The notes below the pieces were generated by a model that searched no databases, had not been told where the DNA came from, and saw nothing but the letters and a program-made list of their open reading frames with translations. This document shows positions 38,375 to 48,180 of a stretch of 64,000 bases of DNA, piece by piece. How positions within the stretch are numbered: position 1 is the stretch's first letter; each line of letters starts with the position of its first letter. Made by a program: the position numbers and the translations under genes. This stretch comes from Sumerlaeia bacterium (GTDB taxonomy: Bacteria; Sumerlaeota; Sumerlaeia; SLMS01; JAHLLQ01): contig JAVJSW010000060.1 in the NCBI GenBank assembly GCA_040219255.1, positions 192,001 to 256,000 of the forward strand, read 5' to 3'.

Positions 38375-40612
38375 CTACATGAACAGCATGCCCACCTGAT
38401 ACGTCACCAGGGCGGCAAAGTAGGCCAGCACCGTCATATACGTAAACGTGAAGATGGGCCAGCGCCAGGAATTGGTCTCGCGGCGGATGATGGCCAGGGT
38501 CGCCGCGCATTGGGCACAGAGGGCGAAGAAGACCATCAGCGACAACGCCACCGGCAGATTGAAGATCAAGTTGCCCTGAGGATCTTTGGCGGTCCGCAGC
38601 TTCTCGCGCAGATCCGGGTTGTCCTCGGCCGCGTCGCCGCCGACGTCGTAGATGATGCCGAGGGTTGCGACGACGACTTCGCGGGCGGGGAAGCTGGCGA
38701 CGACCGCCATGGCGATGCGCCAGTCCCAGCCGATGGGCTTCACGATGGGTTCGATGGCGTGGCCCATGCGGCCCAGGAACGACTGACGAAGGAGCGCGCC
38801 CTCCACCGCGCTGTCGCGGCGGGCAAGGGTTTCCTCCAGGGTCGCTTGCGCCTCCGCATCGCCGGATTGCGCGGCGGCTTCGGCCTGGGCGATTTCGGTG
38901 GCATAGGCTGCTTCCGTCTCCGTCGCGACGCTCTCGGGCCGAGGGTAATAGGTCAGCGCCCAGACCACCACCGACACCGCGAAGATGACCGTGCCGGCGC
39001 GCCAGAGGAACGCCTGGCCGCGCTCTAAGACGCGGTGGATCACGGTGCGCCATTGAGGCATTTTGTAGGACGGAAGCTCCAGAATGAAGGAGGGCGTCTT
39101 GCCCTTAAGGAGCGTGCGCTTGAGCAGCATCGCCACCGGCACGGCAAAGGCGAATCCGACCAGATACATGCAGAAGAGGACCGTGCCTTGCAGCCCCAGC
39201 ACGCCGGGAACCAGCGTGCGCTCCGGGATGAACGCGCCGATCAGGAGCACGTACACTGGCAGGCGGGCGGAGCAGCTCATCAGCGGCGCCACCAGGATAG
39301 TCGTCAGCCGGTCGCGCCGGTCCTCGATCGTGCGGGTCGCCATGATACCGGGGATGGCGCAGGCGAAGGACGAGAGCATCGGGATGAAGCTGCGTCCCGA
39401 GAGGCCGCAACGGCTCAGGAGACGATCCATCAGGAACGCCGCCCGCGACATGTAACCGCAGTCCTCGAGCAGCGCGATGAACGCGAAGAGGATCAAAATC
39501 TGAGGCAGGAAAATCACCACGCCGCCGACGCCGGCGATTACGCCGTCCACGATCAGACTGCGCAGCGGGCCCTCTCCCATGGCGGCCGTCACCACGTCGC
39601 CGAGCGCTCCGAAGACCGCGTCGATGGCGTCCATCAAGGGCGCCGACCAGGAGTAAATCGCCTGGAACACGATCAGCATCAGGACCGCGAACACCAGCGT
39701 GCCCCAGACCCGGTGGATCAGGATGCGGTCGATTTTATCGGAAAGCGAATCTTTGGACTCCTCTGGCCGGGAAACCACATCGGTCAGCAGGCCGCGGATG
39801 TGGCCGTAGCGCATGCGGGCTTCCACGGTGCGGATGCGGATGCCCTGGTCCGAGAGGCGTTGCCGTGCTTCCTTCAGATGGGTACGGACGGGCTCGCCCG
39901 CGGCGTCGGCGAGGCGTTCCTCGGCGGCACCGTCCTGGTCCAGCAGGGCGCGCTGCAAGAGCACCGGCTCGGCCGCGAGGGCGTTCTGGTCCGCATCGCG
40001 GAGAACCGCCGCCAGAGCATCGATTTCGCGCTCGAATTCCGGAGGAAAGAGATGGTCCGTGGCGGGTGGAGCGGGCGGCGACTGGCCCCGCAGCAGCGTC
40101 GCCACCGCGTCCACGCCTTTGCCCTTCGACGCCGATGTCGGCAGCACCGGTACACCGAGACGCTCGGCGAGCTTCTCCCCGTCCACGGTGATGCCGGCCT
40201 CCGCCGCCGCGTCCACCATGTTCAGCACAATCACCGTCGGCAGGCCGATTTCCATAACCTGGGTGGCGAGGAAGAGGTTCCGTTCGAGATTCGCGGCATC
40301 CACCACCACGGCCAGCAGGTCCGGTTTGGCTTCGACGCTGTGGATGCCGGTGAGGACCTCGACGGCGATGAGTTCGTCCGGCGAGTGGGCGGAAAGGCTG
40401 TAGGTGCCGGGGAGGTCGAGGATTTGGACGGCGCCGTTCGAGCCTTTGAGCGCGCCGGTGCGCGTTTCCACGGTGACGCCGGGGTAGTTGCCGACGCGGG
40501 CGCGAAAGCCGGTGAGGGCGTTGAAGAGTGTCGTCTTGCCGGTGTTCGGGTTGCCGATCAGGGCGACGCGGAAGGTTTTCTTTTCGGAAGGCGTGGGCGT
40601 GAGGGCAGTCAT
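38375..40612 (-). CDS. feoB: Ferrous iron transport protein B
   Basis: GNPNTGKT, VGNYPGVTVE, DLPGTYSL, NMVD (in place of the G4 motif), PLMSCSARLPVY. Confidence 0.97.
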   Translation of the reverse strand: MTALTPTPSEKKTFRVALIGNPNTGKTTLFNALTGFRARVGNYPGVTVETRTGALKGSNGAVQILDLPGTYSLSAHSPDELIAVEVLTGIHSVEAKPDLLAVVVDAANLERNLFLATQVMEIGLPTVIVLNMVDAAAEAGITVDGEKLAERLGVPVLPTSASKGKGVDAVATLLRGQSPPAPPATDHLFPPEFEREIDALAAVLRDADQNALAAEPVLLQRALLDQDGAAEERLADAAGEPVRTHLKEARQRLSDQGIRIRTVEARMRYGHIRGLLTDVVSRPEESKDSLSDKIDRILIHRVWGTLVFAVLMLIVFQAIYSWSAPLMDAIDAVFGALGDVVTAAMGEGPLRSLIVDGVIAGVGGVVIFLPQILILFAFIALLEDCGYMSRAAFLMDRLLSRCGLSGRSFIPMLSSFACAIPGIMATRTIEDRRDRLTTILVAPLMSCSARLPVYVLLIGAFIPERTLVPGVLGLQGTVLFCMYLVGFAFAVPVAMLLKRTLLKGKTPSFILELPSYKMPQWRTVIHRVLERGQAFLWRAGTVIFAVSVVVWALTYYPRPESVATETEAAYATEIAQAEAAAQSGDAEAQATLEETLARRDSAVEGALLRQSFLGRMGHAIEPIVKPIGWDWRIAMAVVASFPAREVVVATLGIIYDVGGDAAEDNPDLREKLRTAKDPQGNLIFNLPVALSLMVFFALCAQCAATLAIIRRETNSWRWPIFTFTYMTVLAYFAALVTYQVGMLFM

Positions 40613-40684
40613 AGTGGGGCGGAGAGTCCGGAGCAGCCAGCGTCCGAGCCTCGGAGCCCAAGGCCTGGACTGGCGAAAGGGGGT

Positions 40685-40924
40685 TTAGACTTGGGGGGTG
40701 ATGCGGATCAGGCGGGCGTGGGCGCGGCGGACGGAAAGGAAGTAACCGCGCACCTCGACCTCCATCGGGTCGCCAATGGGCGCCAGACGTACGACGCGTA
40801 TCGGTTCGTCTTCCAGCAGACCCATCTCGGCGAGGCGCTGCACCGTCGGGTCGTCTTCATTGGTAAAGCCAGCGATCGTGCCGCTTTGGCCCGGTTGCAA
40901 ATCGGCCAGGGTTGTCTCGGGCAT
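40685..40924 (-). CDS. feoA: Ferrous iron transport protein A
   Basis: RLAEMGL...VVRLAPIGDPMEVEVRGYFLSVRR. Confidence 0.92.
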   Translation of the reverse strand: MPETTLADLQPGQSGTIAGFTNEDDPTVQRLAEMGLLEDEPIRVVRLAPIGDPMEVEVRGYFLSVRRAHARLIRITPQV

Positions 40925-41175
40925 CAGGCGGCGCTTCCCGCCAATCGAGAGACGCGGATTCCGGTGGCGTCTTTGGACCGCAGCATCAGGCGGCATTGGC
41001 CGACCTGCACGGCGCAGGTGCGGCCCGGCATCAGCATGCGGATCATCGCCCCGGGCGCCAAGCCCATGGCCGCCAGACGGCAGCCATCCACGCACTCGGA
41101 GCAGATGTCTTCGACGATGGCGGTTTCGCCGCCAGTGAGCCGGTCTAGAGAAGTGATCTCGTCCAAGTGGAACAT
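40924..41175 (-). CDS. feoA: FeoA-family protein (second copy)
   Basis: RLAAMGLAPGAMIRM; TGATG overlap with the downstream feoA. Confidence 0.8.
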   Translation of the reverse strand: MFHLDEITSLDRLTGGETAIVEDICSECVDGCRLAAMGLAPGAMIRMLMPGRTCAVQVGQCRLMLRSKDATGIRVSRLAGSAA

Positions 41176-41253
41176 CCTGCCATCAGCGCGAAGAGAATGG
41201 GGATAAATGGGGTATGATTTCCCCGGATTTCATCCTTGGCTTTGGTGTATGGC

Positions 41254-41276
41254 TGACATGTTTGGCATGTCAAACA
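41254..41276 (-). promoter_or_regulatory. Candidate metalloregulator operator overlapping the -35 box of the feo operon
   Basis: Near-perfect palindrome tgtttggcatgtcaaaca (41259-41276) overlapping tgacatg-N5-catgtca (41254-41272); minus-strand TTGACA at 41268-41273. Confidence 0.6.
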
Positions 41277-41328
41277 AAAAGACGGGGGCCCCCAGCGCCG
41301 GACAAATCCGCCAATGCGGATAGGCTTT

Positions 41329-42129
41329 TCAATCGCGCACTGGGACGCCGCGCTCGCGCAGGCGGGCCCGGGCCTGGCCAATGGTGTAGGTACCAAAGTG
41401 GAAGATGCTGGCCGCCAACGCCGCGTCCGCTTTGCCTTCCGTCAGGGCGTCGGCCAAGTGATCCAGGTTTCCGGCGCCGCCGCTGGCGATGACGGGTACC
41501 TCGACGGCTTCGCTGATGGCGCGGGTCAGGGCGATGTCATAGCCCGTCTTCGTGCCGTCGGCGTCCATGCTGGTCAGCAGGATTTCCCCCGCCCCCAGAC
41601 TCACCGCCTTCTTCGCCCACTCGATGGCGTCCAGGCCAGTTGGCGTGCGGCCGCCGTGGATGAAAACTTCCCAGCCCGCCGGATCGGGGATGCGCAGGTC
41701 CACCTCGGCGCCTTCCGGGGCCTTGGTCTTGCGGCGCGCGTCGATGGCGCAGACGATGCATTGGGCGCCAAAGCGTTTGGAGGACTCGCGGAGGAACTCG
41801 GGGTTATCGACCGCCGGGGTGTTCAGCGAGACCTTGTCGGCTCCGGCGTTGAGCATGGCGCGGATGTCTTCGATGGTGCGCAGCCCACCGCCGACGGTGA
41901 CGGGCATGAAGCAGTGGGAGGCCGTCTCGCGCACCACATCGCGCATGATGCCGCGGCGCTCGTGGCTGGCGGTGATGTCCAGGAAAACCAGTTCATCAGC
42001 GCCGGCCTGGTCATAGGCCTTGGCGCATTCGACCGGGTCGCCGGCGTCGATCAGGTCGACGAAGTTGACACCTTTGACGACGCGGCCGCCCTTGACATCG
42101 AGGCAGGGAATGATTCGTTTCGCGAGCAT
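41329..42129 (-). CDS. hisF: Imidazole glycerol phosphate synthase cyclase subunit
   Basis: [49 protein letters not shown]. Confidence 0.98.
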   Translation of the reverse strand: MLAKRIIPCLDVKGGRVVKGVNFVDLIDAGDPVECAKAYDQAGADELVFLDITASHERRGIMRDVVRETASHCFMPVTVGGGLRTIEDIRAMLNAGADKVSLNTPAVDNPEFLRESSKRFGAQCIVCAIDARRKTKAPEGAEVDLRIPDPAGWEVFIHGGRTPTGLDAIEWAKKAVSLGAGEILLTSMDADGTKTGYDIALTRAISEAVEVPVIASGGAGNLDHLADALTEGKADAALAASIFHFGTYTIGQARARLRERGVPVRD

Positions 42130-42388
42130 GGAGCAATGCATCCGGTCGGTGTGGCACGCCGGGGCGCGCGAGGTCTAGTTGCCCCGTGGCGCGGCGCCGG
42201 GCAAGGGGTCTTTCCAGATGCGGCTCACTTTGCTCGTCTTAACTTCGCCGGAAATAGCAATTTCCATTGACGTTCTTCCGACCGGCGTAGCGCCGTAGGG
42301 ATATGCTGCGATATTCCCAAGTTCTCGCTCCCGATACAGCATTTCCCACTCCGAGAGAAAACCCGGCCCCCTGGAAGGATCCCCGCTG

Positions 42389-43363
42389 ATGCTCGACATG
42401 ATCGAACTCGTTGAACGGCTCGAAGACCGAGTCAACCGCCTTGTCGGCGAAATCAATACCCTTCGCGACGCGAAGTCCCACCTGGAATCGGAAAACGACG
42501 GCCTCAAGATCACCCTGGCCGACTACGAACGGCTCAAGTCCGAACTGGCCGCCTCCGAATCCCGCAACACCGATCTGCGCGCCGAAAACGAAGGCCTCCG
42601 CGGCCAGCTCCAGGACGCCAACAACAGCCGCGACCGCCTGCGCCACGATCTCGAAGCGGCCCGCGTGAAAATCGGCGAGATGGAAACCGCCAACCGCAAC
42701 GTCACCGCCCACCGCGATGACCTTCAGGGCAGCCTTGAGCATGCCAACGGCCGCGCCGCCGAACTGGAAAACGCCCTAGCCTCCACCACCCAGGAACGCG
42801 ACACCGCCCGCCACGAGGCCCATCACCTCCACGGCGAACGCAACAGCCTCGCCGCCGAGCGCGACGCTCTCCAGGCCGAGCGCAACCAGCTGGAAAACGA
42901 AAAGAACGATCTCAACGCCCGCGTCGTGGAACTCGATGGCTGGCACCAGGGCGCTTGCCAGCATCGCGACGACCTGCAGGGTCAGCTCGACGGTGCCAAC
43001 CATCGCCTCCAAGAACTGGACCAGCAAATGGCCGCCGCTCTTGGCGAGCGTGACGCCGCCCGCGGCGAGGCCGAACAGCTTCGCAGCGACCGCGAGCATC
43101 TGAGCGCCGAAGTCCAGAAATCCCACCAGCGCATCGGCGAACTGGAGCACGATGTCGCTGAACTCGCCGAAATCAACGAGCGCATCGTCGGCATCGAGCA
43201 GGAGGCCGAGCGCCTCGTGCAGGAAAACGAGGAACTGCGGGCCCAACTGGGCGATTCCGACGACCGTTACAACGCGCTGCGAGAACGCCTCGGTTCCCTG
43301 ATCACCCGCATCGAAGCGGCCGAGTCCACCATCCGCCACGCCGAAATGGCCGCGGTGGAATGA
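42389..43363 (+). CDS. Long coiled-coil protein, elongated ZapB-like
   Basis: Continuous heptads; ZapB-like termini (LEDRVNRLV...; RERLGSLITRIE); directly upstream of zapA. Confidence 0.65.
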   Translation: MLDMIELVERLEDRVNRLVGEINTLRDAKSHLESENDGLKITLADYERLKSELAASESRNTDLRAENEGLRGQLQDANNSRDRLRHDLEAARVKIGEMETANRNVTAHRDDLQGSLEHANGRAAELENALASTTQERDTARHEAHHLHGERNSLAAERDALQAERNQLENEKNDLNARVVELDGWHQGACQHRDDLQGQLDGANHRLQELDQQMAAALGERDAARGEAEQLRSDREHLSAEVQKSHQRIGELEHDVAELAEINERIVGIEQEAERLVQENEELRAQLGDSDDRYNALRERLGSLITRIEAAESTIRHAEMAAVE

Positions 43364-43397
43364 CGCCAACCCCCTCGACCCAAAGGACGACGAACCG

Positions 43398-43721
43398 ATG
43401 AGCGAATCTTTGCGCCTGGTTGTGGCGGGCCATGAAATCCGCCTGAATGTGGAAGACGAAGAAGAAAAGCGCCACGTGGAATCGGCGGCCAAAGCGGTGG
43501 GTGATCTGATCAAACGCCTCTCCGCCCGCTCCGGCGTCATGTCCCCGGCCAAAGCCGCGGCCATGGCGGCCCTCCAGTTCGCCGTGGAAGCCTCCGTCGC
43601 CAACGAAATGGCCGACGATGCCCGCCAGTACTGCGAGAGCGTCGAGCGCCATAAGGAACTCACCGCCCGTATGCAGGGCATGCTGCACCGCGTCGAGGAA
43701 GTGCTGGAAGAAACCGGCTGA
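43398..43721 (+). CDS. zapA: Cell division protein ZapA
   Basis: LVVAGHEIRL...HVESAAKAV...KAAAMAALQFA plus C-terminal coiled coil. Confidence 0.78.
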   Translation: MSESLRLVVAGHEIRLNVEDEEEKRHVESAAKAVGDLIKRLSARSGVMSPAKAAAMAALQFAVEASVANEMADDARQYCESVERHKELTARMQGMLHRVEEVLEETG

Positions 43722-43765
43722 ACGAACAGCCTTTCTTCCTGGCCGCCTCCTCGAAAACCCCAGTG

Positions 43766-43793
43766 CCCCCGGTTCGACGCCGGGGGTTTTCTT
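43766..43793 (+). terminator. Rho-independent terminator after zapA
   Basis: cccccgg / ccggggg stem followed by ttttctt, between convergent genes. Confidence 0.7.
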
Positions 43794-43825
43794 GTCGGTG
43801 GCACGGGCTCTTCCGGAGCGGGCGC

Positions 43826-44551
43826 TCAGCTCGCCGCGGCCGTCCCCGCCTCTTCCCGCTCCGGCTCTAGGGCTTTCTTCGATTCCAGTTCGTCGAGCCG
43901 CTCGCACAGCGTGCGTATTTGTTCTTCCAGACTCAGGATGCGGTCGCGCACCGGGTCGGGCAGGTGGATGTGATCGAGAGCATCGCAGGGCCTCAGGCGC
44001 TTGCCCGCCGCCTTGACGATCTTGCCCGGGATGCCGACCACGGTGCAGTCCTCTGGCACGTCGGTCAGAACGACGCTGTTGGCCCCAACATAGACGTAGT
44101 CGCCGAGCGTGATGTTGCCGAGGACCTTGGCGCCGCCGCCGACCACGACGTGGTTGCCCAAGGTGGGGTGGCGCTTGCCACGCTGCTTGCCGGTGCCGCC
44201 GAGGGTAACCTGATGGAAGAGGGTGCAGTACTCGCCCACGATGGCGGTCTCGCCAATGACGACGCCCATGCCGTGGTCGATGAAGAACCCGGCGCCGATG
44301 CGGGCGGCCTGATGGATCTCCACGCCGGTCAGGAATCGATTCAGAATCGACAGCACCCTCGGCAGAAACGGAATCCCAAGACGGTAAAGCGTATGGGTGA
44401 TGCGATGGAAGAAGATGGCGTGGAAGCCGGGGTAGGTGAGGATGACTTCCAGCGGCGCGAGCGGCCCGCGAGCCGCCGGATCGTTCGCCAGCGCCTGCTG
44501 GAAATCCATCCGGATCGTTTCGAGAAGTGAGCGTTTGCGGGTGCCTGACAT
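43826..44551 (-). CDS. cysE: Serine O-acetyltransferase
   Basis: DPAAR...YPGFHA, FIDHGMGVVIGET, VTLGGTGKQRGKRHPT. Confidence 0.95.
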   Translation of the reverse strand: MSGTRKRSLLETIRMDFQQALANDPAARGPLAPLEVILTYPGFHAIFFHRITHTLYRLGIPFLPRVLSILNRFLTGVEIHQAARIGAGFFIDHGMGVVIGETAIVGEYCTLFHQVTLGGTGKQRGKRHPTLGNHVVVGGGAKVLGNITLGDYVYVGANSVVLTDVPEDCTVVGIPGKIVKAAGKRLRPCDALDHIHLPDPVRDRILSLEEQIRTLCERLDELESKKALEPEREEAGTAAAS

Positions 44552-44652
44552 GGGGCGCGGGGTTCCTCTGGCGTGGGAAAGGGCGCTTTCCCGGCGGTTG
44601 GTGAGCAAATCATGAGCCGCCGCCGCCGCTTCGCGCAACCCCGCTCTGCGCC

Positions 44653-45441
44653 CTAATTCGACGGCGCCGGCAGGACCTTGGCGTCTCCGGGCTTGGCGAA
44701 GAGCGACTCGTCCATCGGCATCGTCTTCACATTCGAGAGTTCGGCCGAGCCGAGTGCTTCGCCAAACACGCCTTTCTCAGCGCTCCAGTCGTGGAAACTC
44801 CACTCCATCGGAACCACAAAGCCGGCGTCCGTTTTCTGGAAGTCATCGTAAACGATGGCGTGCGGCTCGGATTCGGCCGACTCCACGTCGGTCTTGCCGT
44901 AGGTCACGATGTAGGACATGGCTTTGAGAGCGTGCGTTTCGGGGTCGCGATAGAGCACGTACCAGTCATCCGGCGCGTCGCCGACGCCCTCGCCAAAGGT
45001 CAGCTTGGCGGTGGCCATGGACTCGGACTCGGTCAGGGGCATTTCGCCCTTCGGCTCCACGTGGGTGCCGGGGTCGGAGAGCTTGAAGGGGGCGGCGAAG
45101 AAGTACGGCCAGGTGAAAATCGCGAAACGTGCCCGGGGCATGTCGGCGTCGGCGGGCGTCATCCAGACCGTCTCGCCATCGTAGCCGAGGACCGTGCCGT
45201 CGGCGTACTCGACGCGGACGCGGTTCATGCTGGGCGAGACGATCATTGTGCCATCGAGTCGCACCGACCCGCCGAAGGACAGGACGGCGTCCGCCGAAAT
45301 CAGCTCGGCGGCGGACCAGGCCTCCATATCGTGGGCGGCTTCGATCGATTCGACAAATTCGTCGCCGGAGGATTCGGCGGAGGCAAGGCTGGCGGTGGCA
45401 GCCAAAGCCAATACCGTCAGGGATCGGGAAAACACATTCAT
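44653..45441 (-). CDS. Exported hypothetical protein (DUF6503-like)
   Basis: Signal peptide; IEAAH, YFFAAPFKLSDPG, VGDAPDDWY. Confidence 0.65.
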   Translation of the reverse strand: MNVFSRSLTVLALAATASLASAESSGDEFVESIEAAHDMEAWSAAELISADAVLSFGGSVRLDGTMIVSPSMNRVRVEYADGTVLGYDGETVWMTPADADMPRARFAIFTWPYFFAAPFKLSDPGTHVEPKGEMPLTESESMATAKLTFGEGVGDAPDDWYVLYRDPETHALKAMSYIVTYGKTDVESAESEPHAIVYDDFQKTDAGFVVPMEWSFHDWSAEKGVFGEALGSAELSNVKTMPMDESLFAKPGDAKVLPAPSN

Positions 45442-45543
45442 GGGAATGAGCCTTTAGGGGGTGGAGTTTGCGTTGAAACACCGTGCAAAGGAAAGGCCAA
45501 GCCGGAGCGGGCCCATCCCAATTCCGGAACTGATCGTGACTTA

Positions 45544-46353
45544 TTACCCGAGGGCCACTTCCGCACCGGGCCCGAGGTAGGCCTCGACCACGCGCGGGTC
45601 GTTCTGCACCGATTCGGGGGGGCCGCTGGCGATGATTTCGCCGTGGTCGAGAACGTAGATGGCGTCGCTGATTTCCATAACCAGCTTCATGTCGTGCTCG
45701 ATCAGGAATACCGTCACGCCGGCCTGGCGAATGCGGCGGATCAGTTCGACCAGCTTGGCCGTCTCGGCCGGATTCATGCCCGCCGCCGGTTCGTCGAGCA
45801 GCAGCAGGCGCGGGTTGTTCGCCAGGCCGCGGGCGATTTCCAGGCGCCGCTGGTGGCCGTAGCTCAGGGAGGCGGCCTGCTCCTGGGCCTCGTGCTCCAG
45901 GCCGACGAACATCAGCCGGTTGAGCGCCCAGGTCTTAAGCGCCAGCTCCTCGCGGTTGGTCTTCGGCAACCGCAGCATCGCGCCCATCAAGCCGGCGCGG
46001 CCTTGCAGGTGGGCCCCCAGCATCACATTCTCGATCACCGACAGGCGGGGAAAAAGGCGGATGTTCTGGAATGTGCGCGAGACGCGGCGGGCGGTGATCT
46101 GATCGGGGCGCTTGCCTTGCAGAGGAACCTCGCGGCCGTTGGCTTCGCGCAGGAGGATTTGGCCGTTGGAGGGTGGAATGAGGCCGGTGCAGGTGTTGAA
46201 CAGCGTCGTCTTGCCCGCGCCGTTGGGGCCGATCAGGGCGACAATCTCGCCCTCGCGGACCTCCAGGCTGGCGTCCTTGATGGCCTGCACACCGCCGAAA
46301 TTCTTCGACACGTTGCGGATCGAGAGAATGGGCGGGGCGTCAGTGCGAGTCAT
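45544..46353 (-). CDS. livG: Branched-chain amino acid-type ABC ATP-binding protein (LivG-like)
   Basis: GPNGAGKTT, RTFQNIRLF, LSYGHQRRLEIAR, LDEPAAGMN, EHDM, VVEAYLG. Confidence 0.85.
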   Translation of the reverse strand: MTRTDAPPILSIRNVSKNFGGVQAIKDASLEVREGEIVALIGPNGAGKTTLFNTCTGLIPPSNGQILLREANGREVPLQGKRPDQITARRVSRTFQNIRLFPRLSVIENVMLGAHLQGRAGLMGAMLRLPKTNREELALKTWALNRLMFVGLEHEAQEQAASLSYGHQRRLEIARGLANNPRLLLLDEPAAGMNPAETAKLVELIRRIRQAGVTVFLIEHDMKLVMEISDAIYVLDHGEIIASGPPESVQNDPRVVEAYLGPGAEVALG

Positions 46354-46487
46354 GGGGGCGGGCTCAGCGGGTGATCTAAGTCCCTATGCAGCCCGAAGCC
46401 AGCAGTGTGTAAAGGCGAAATGGGACCGTGGCTCGGGGGATTGTGAGGAACGAATAAGGACCCTTGGTCACAACCCCCCGCCGCCCC

Positions 46488-47879
46488 TCAGCCCCCGCCC
46501 TCGATCACGCCGAGGGCCTCGTCCACCACGTCGGCAATGAAGTCGGCGTCGGCTTTGGTCAGACACATGGGCGGTTTGATGCGCAGGACGTTGCCCCAGA
46601 GGCCGCCCTTGCCGAGCAGCAGGCCGCGTTCGCGGGCGAGTTCGAGGAGGCGGGCGGTTTCCGCTTTGGCCGGTTCTTTGGTCGTGCGGTCTTTGACCAG
46701 TTCGACGCCGAACATCAGGCCGAGCCCGCGCACGTCGCCGATCAGGGCGCGGCGCTGCTGGATTTCCAGGAAGCGCTCCTTCAGGTGGGCGCCGATGGCC
46801 TTGGCGTTGGCCTGGATGCCTTCTTCGTCGATGACTTCCAGGGTGGCCTTGGCGGCGGCCATGCTGACCGGATTGCCGCCGTAAGTGTTGAAGTGGATGC
46901 GGCGTTTCATTTGCTCGGCGATTTCCATGCGGGTGGTCACGGCGCCGAGAGGGGCGCCGTTGGCGATGCCCTTGGCCATGGAAACGAGATCGGGCTGAAC
47001 ATCCCAGTGCTCGAAGGCCCAGAAGTTCTCGCCGGTGCGGCCGAATCCGCCCTGCACTTCGTCGGCGATGCAGACACCACCGTACTTGCGCACGGTGTCG
47101 TAGACGATGCCGAAGTATTCCTTGGGCGGAATGACGACGCCGCCGACGCCCTGGATGCACTCGCCGATGAAGGCGGCGATTTCGCCGGAGGTCTCGTACT
47201 GGATTTTGTCGTCCAGGTCGCGGGCGCACTTGACGTTGCAACTCGGGTATTCGAGGCCGAAGGGGCACCGGTAGCAGTAGCCTGGGGTGGCGTGGATCGC
47301 GTTCTGGGGCGGCCCGGCGGGGAATTTCCAGGTGCCGTGGGCCGTCAGGCCCATCGTCGTCCCGGTGCCGCCATGATAGCCATTGCGAAGCCCGATCACG
47401 GTTTCACTGCCGGTGAAGAGGCGCGCCATCAGGATCGCCGTTTCGTTGGCCTCGGAGCCGGAGTTCGTGAAGTAGCTCACATCCAGATCACCGGGGAATT
47501 TGTCGGCGAGGGCCTTGGCGTAGAGGCCGACGTTGGGGTGCAGGTAGATCGTCGTCGTGTGCTGGAGCTTTTGGAGCTGCTCGACCTGGGCGCCGATGAC
47601 TTTGGGGTGCGAGTGGCCGACGCTGACGGTGACGATGCCGCCGAAGGCGTCGAGGTACTGGCGCCCATCTTTGTCATACAGGTACTGCCCTTTGCCTTCC
47701 ACGATCATGAGCGGCTGGGAATAGAGATGGAAGATGCCCGGATTGAGGTGCTCGCGGCGCAGGGCGAGCGCTTCGTCGAAGGACGGCCCCTCGTAAGGGA
47801 CGGGGGTGTAGCCGCTGGCGGGCGGGGCGAGCGGTTGCGCTGGGGCGGATTGGCTGGGGGAAGAAGTGGGGGGAGTCAC
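46488..47879 (-). CDS. Class III PLP aminotransferase (AGXT2/Pyd4-like)
   Basis: NSGSEANE, YHGGT, ECIQGVGG, DEVQGGFGRTG, MAKGIANG, NTYGGNP. Confidence 0.9.
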   Translation of the reverse strand: MTPPTSSPSQSAPAQPLAPPASGYTPVPYEGPSFDEALALRREHLNPGIFHLYSQPLMIVEGKGQYLYDKDGRQYLDAFGGIVTVSVGHSHPKVIGAQVEQLQKLQHTTTIYLHPNVGLYAKALADKFPGDLDVSYFTNSGSEANETAILMARLFTGSETVIGLRNGYHGGTGTTMGLTAHGTWKFPAGPPQNAIHATPGYCYRCPFGLEYPSCNVKCARDLDDKIQYETSGEIAAFIGECIQGVGGVVIPPKEYFGIVYDTVRKYGGVCIADEVQGGFGRTGENFWAFEHWDVQPDLVSMAKGIANGAPLGAVTTRMEIAEQMKRRIHFNTYGGNPVSMAAAKATLEVIDEEGIQANAKAIGAHLKERFLEIQQRRALIGDVRGLGLMFGVELVKDRTTKEPAKAETARLLELARERGLLLGKGGLWGNVLRIKPPMCLTKADADFIADVVDEALGVIEGGG

Positions 47880-48180
47880 GACAGAGTCCGTTCCTTACAC
47901 GATGACTAGCGGCACGGTCCAAGAGGCCAGGGCCGGGAAACCATTGATTCGGTCAACAGTGAGGAGTGCCGGAGAGGAAGGGTTTCGTCAAGTGGGATGA
48001 AATTTTTCGTTCTTTCAATGCTGAATAATGAAAGAATGTGGTAAGATCGGGGCACTTCGCTTGTATCTGCAAAAATTTCGGCGCAATTTCCTCTTGATTG
48101 CGTCCTGAGAAAAGCCATTCTCAGGATGGTAATGGCGAAGAGTGCCATGCTCCCCTCAACGAAACTAAGGAGAGAGAGGA

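Noticed and set aside
40613-40684. Weak roughly 7-nt periodicity (cggag/ccgag) between feoA and feoB
   Set aside because: Too short and degenerate to separate from chance in GC-rich DNA.
43766-43786. ccggttcgacgccgg resembles a tRNA T-arm
   Set aside because: No acceptor, D or anticodon arms; it is followed by a T-run and fits a terminator.
43722-43825. 6S RNA expected after zapA
   Set aside because: Only about 100 bp are available, largely taken by a terminator; too short for 6S.
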